Assembly (NCBI GenBank): GCA_950097015.1
Contig: CATNEN010000008.1
Span: 248,001-312,000 of the forward strand
Direction: 5' to 3'
Length of the DNA stretch: 64,000 nucleotides
From: Macrostomum hystrix
Lineage: Eukaryota > Animalia > Platyhelminthes
Part shown: positions 60,623 through 64,000 of the stretch, in pieces
Position numbering within the stretch: the first letter of the stretch is position 1
Layout: each line of letters starts with the position of its first letter
Translations under genes and position numbers: made by a program
Notes under the pieces: generated by a model
The model's input: only the letters and a program-made list of their open reading frames with translations
Told to the model about the DNA's origin: nothing
Database searches by the model: none

Positions 60623-61855
60623 ATGTCAGCGCCGATGGCCGTCCTCCTGGCGGTGCTGAGCCTCCTCGCTTGTCTGCACAGCCTGCAGTCCTGCCAGCCG
60701 CCCTTCCAGTCCGTGTCCGGCCTCTGCCTGCTCGTGAACACCACAGCCGCAGTCAGCTGGTGCCAGGCAGCCCGTCTGTGCCAGGAGGCTCGCGGCGAGC
60801 TGGCGATGGAGCCGGCTGCCATTCGGGCTGCTGCGCCCTATTCAACAAGCTCCGTCTTGCTGTGGGTCGGTGTCACCGACATGCTGGAGGAACGGACGAC
60901 CAGCAGGTTTGACGTCGCTGATCTGTTCTTTGGCTGATTCGCTACTGAAATAGCTGAACCTCAGCGCAGTAAATGTTAATCAGCAGTTTTAATAGCAAAT
61001 AAAGCTTTTCAATTGTCGCGACTTCCTTGCATTTTGCCCTGGTTCTCCTGATCTCAGTGTGCTGGATCCTTGTTCTGATCAGAATTTCGTGTTGCACCTG
61101 CTAATCTTCTCTAGTTTTGTGAGTTGTTAAAAAAGACTCAAAAGCAGCACTATTAGCTATGCTTTTAACTTTCAGAGCATAGAGTCGATACTACATGTTA
61201 ATGTACTTGAGTACATTATAAACACTCAATTGAATCGTGAGTGTTTTAGTTGTCATTGCTAATTCTCATTTCGCAATTTTATAAGAATGAATGACAGATT
61301 TAGAACGCAAACGCTTTTTGCTTGAGTCTGAAGAGTGACTGGCCAAGTTCCCATGGCGGTGTAAATCCACATTCAACACTCCTAACACTGAATTAAGCTT
61401 GACTTCAACGTCTACATGTCATCAGGAAAGGCTGGCGCATGACCAACGGGAGCCAGTTCGTGGTCCTGGACACCGACTGGTCAGTGAACTCGCCAAACAA
61501 TGCGGACAGCTCCGATGACATGCTGGCTTTTAACATCAACGGACTATTAGATTTTAGGAGTATCAGTCTGTGTGGCTTCGTCTGCCAGCCCGTGGCGACG
61601 CCGAACAGCGGCACCTTCCGTCGAGCCAGCTTCCTGCAGCTGGGCGACATCACGCCCTACTACTGCTACACGGAGCTGCAGTCGGTGCAGCCCAAGCTGC
61701 TCTGCGTTCGCCTGTGCGCTGCCCGCTGGGAGTGCCGGGCGGCTCTGTTCAACCGGGCCGAGGCTCGCTGCCGCATGCTGGACTTCACCGATGCCAGCGT
61801 CGGCGACGCCATCGAGAAGAGCGGCGCCTGGGAGAAGTTCGTCAAGGTCTACTGA
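60623..61855 (+). CDS. CTLD-PAN copy 6, intact, 237 aa; exons 60623-60906, 61426-61855
   Basis: 284+430 nt exons, GT-AG intron, no stops. Confidence 0.85.
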
Positions 61856-62460
61856 GCTCATTGTATAGGATAGTCAAATACTGCTAGGAAGCAGCACTGA
61901 GCAGTCCTACAATATTTGTCACAGCTTACTAATCAAACGGTACCACCTATGAGCCTATGCCATAAGAATGATAGACACGGTGTTAACTAGTTCGCGTGGA
62001 GACGATGACCATGTCTATTTCACTGCACAAATCAGAAGTGTTCGTTTTTTCAAGCAGCATAAAGAAATATAAATTTCAATACCTTTTTGCACATTTTCGC
62101 ACGCACACAAACTGTTCTTTTTTAGATAGAATGCATTAACAATTGTCTGTCTGGGTAAAAAGGATTGGGGAAGAGTTGTGTTACAGTATGATGGCGTTGT
62201 CCTTAGGTCAAAGATTGCCAATCAAAATAATTTTAGAGCGAGCGGGTGCAATCAGTCACTAAGTCAATCAAAACAGTTAATAGCAACTTCTCACGGCCGT
62301 CCTGTCGTCATCGCGTTAACAAAAATGATACAGAGCCCTGACAATCCATGCTGAGAGATTTGAGGCTTATAAAACATAAAAAACCCTCTTAATTCGAAAC
62401 AAGAAACTATTTGATAGTTTTATCATCGGTGCGGGGGGGGTCGGGATGCCGCAGTTCAAA

Positions 62461-64000
62461 ATGTCGGCACCGATCGCGGCTCTAATTTCCGTGCTGAGCC
62501 TGCTCGCCTGTCCGCACAGCCTGCAGTCCTGCCAGCCGCCCTTCCAGTCCGTGTCCGGCTTCTGCCTGCTCGTGAACACCACAGCCGCAGTCCACTGGTG
62601 CCAGGCAGCCGGTCTGTGCCTGGAGGCTCGCCGCGAGCTGGCGATGGAGCCGGCCGCCATTCGGGCTGCTGCGCCCTTAGCAACAAACACCGCGATCCTG
62701 CTTTTAGCGTCATCGTCATGATCGGCGTCACCGACATGCTGGAGGAGCGGAACGTAGACAGGTCAGCTGACAGGTCAGCTGTCAGCTGAAAAACAAATCA
62801 CGGAAGGGATTGCAGAACTGCTAGAATTTTATTACCTCATTAGGCTTGCATGGAACGTCAATAAAAACATGACATATTCACTTTGGAATTGTGAAGCTGA
62901 AGCCTGGGCGTCCAGTTAGTTTTGACTAGTTGTAGCTAGTTATCTTCGCCGTTAAGAGCGAATTAGCTGCTCAAGGCAAGCAAAACACGATATCAAAAAA
63001 AGTTAAATTTCTGTTTTCTTCTAGCCGGCGTCAATCAGGAGTTTCAGTGCCTTTTTACAGTGGGACTACGAAGCCATATTTCGCCTGTTTTTATACCAAG
63101 GAGGGATTTTTCCCTGTCCGAAAAAATGCGAAACATTTTTGGCAGCGCCTGAATGCCAACAGCGTTTGGGTGGTGACTGATTGGTTGACAGACTAGGCGA
63201 TGGTGTCCTGTGAGCTGCGCCTAATATTTAGGCTTGGTCAGTGAAATTGGAGAAATTCGCGTCAGGGTGTCCATATTGGCCTAATTTCACCTGTTGTAGC
63301 CCTAAAGGTCGGTGACCACCGAAGACGGAGATGATGCAGGCACATTCGGGTGACATGCTGATGAATTTTGAAGGCCTGGCAAGGCCGCACTGAGGCGCAG
63401 CGCTAATTCTTGTATAGGGGTGTGCGAAATACACTAGCGCTTAAGGGAAAAATCAGACCTTCGGCCAGAACCATTGAATATCTCGACGGTCTGAAGAGCT
63501 GGCGACTTGTTTCTTGAGTTTCGTGAAATGTGTCGAGTTGATGACCGGGCCTTTCAGTTTTATGAGACGAAAAATGACGGATTTAATGATAATCACTGAT
63601 TGAGCGAATTTTCGCTTTTAAACCATGTTTCATTGTTCGTCCGAGTACGTTAGTATTCAAATATTTTCTAAATTTTACTATTAAATATTGATTAAAATGC
63701 AAACGAATTATTCCGCTAACAGGCGTCAAAGCCTCAATCAATCGATTTTTGAGCTTGGAGTAAGGAGGTTTTAGTTTTTAAAATCTTTCCACAAACGACA
63801 GAATTCAATTACGCAGACGTCAATAAAAAACAGTTTCAAGTCTTAAAGTGACTCATTCTTTTTTATTAACCTTGAACTAAAAGCAAATTGTTCATTTTGC
63901 GACTTACAAACAGAACCGGCTGGCGAATGGCCAACTGAAGCCAGTTCGTGGTCCCTGACACCGACTGGTCAGTGAACTCGCCAAACAATGCGGACAGCTC
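62461..64000 (+). pseudogene. CTLD-PAN copy 7; exon 1 62461-62761 (frameshifted), exon 2 from 63914 runs off the window
   Basis: Apparent 1-bp deletion near cccttagc (~62675) and an in-frame TGA at 63936-63938 replacing Gly. Confidence 0.75.
63193..63525. repeat. Dispersed repeat copy (same family as 1-400), in the copy 7 intron
   Basis: Long shared blocks with 1-400. Confidence 0.85.

Noticed and set aside
63936-63938. Selenocysteine TGA in copy 7
   Set aside because: It aligns to Gly rather than Cys in paralogs, and the copy is also frameshifted.
32061-64000. Diversity-generating retroelement (C-type lectin fold targets plus a nearby RT)
   Set aside because: The RTs are non-LTR retrotransposon type (APE, RNase H). 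The genes have spliceosomal introns. Differences between copies are not adenine-restricted (e.g. tgt/tgc, ttc/ttt between copies 3 and 4). No TR/VR pair is present.

Overview
This is eukaryotic (invertebrate metazoan) genomic DNA, not prokaryotic. It has GC-rich exons, GT-AG introns and abundant mini/microsatellites. The style resembles a free-living flatworm such as Macrostomum, but that is inference only. The left half (1-31 kb) carries ordinary genes separated by tandem repeats, SINEs and a hAT MITE: an intronless N-terminal RASSF (RASSF9/10-like) gene, a 4-exon TEAD/scalloped gene, an HMG20-like HMG-box gene with Q-rich decapeptide repeats, and a complete 7-exon calaxin/EFCAB1 gene on the minus strand. 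The right half (32-64 kb) is a TE-riddled cluster of one two-exon secreted-protein family with the architecture signal peptide + atypical C-type lectin domain + PAN/Apple domain. It has 7 copies plus one relic, in mixed orientations. Three copies are intact (each exactly 237 aa) and four are disrupted. Across copies the N-terminal framework and PAN domain are nearly identical, the presumed ligand-binding loop is hypervariable, and diagnostic residues are shared in a mosaic pattern. This is the best candidate for an undescribed diversified recognition system. Interspersed in the cluster are a Crypton-like tyrosine recombinase with nearby palindromes, two tandem Tc1 copies (one intact, DD34E), a mariner relic, an RTE-like fragment, a near-full-length APE-RT-RNaseH LINE (LOA/R1-like) with 97-bp 5' monomers, and an internally deleted Ingi-like LINE with a degenerate 2A motif. 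All family assignments are by eye from remembered motifs; no searches were run.
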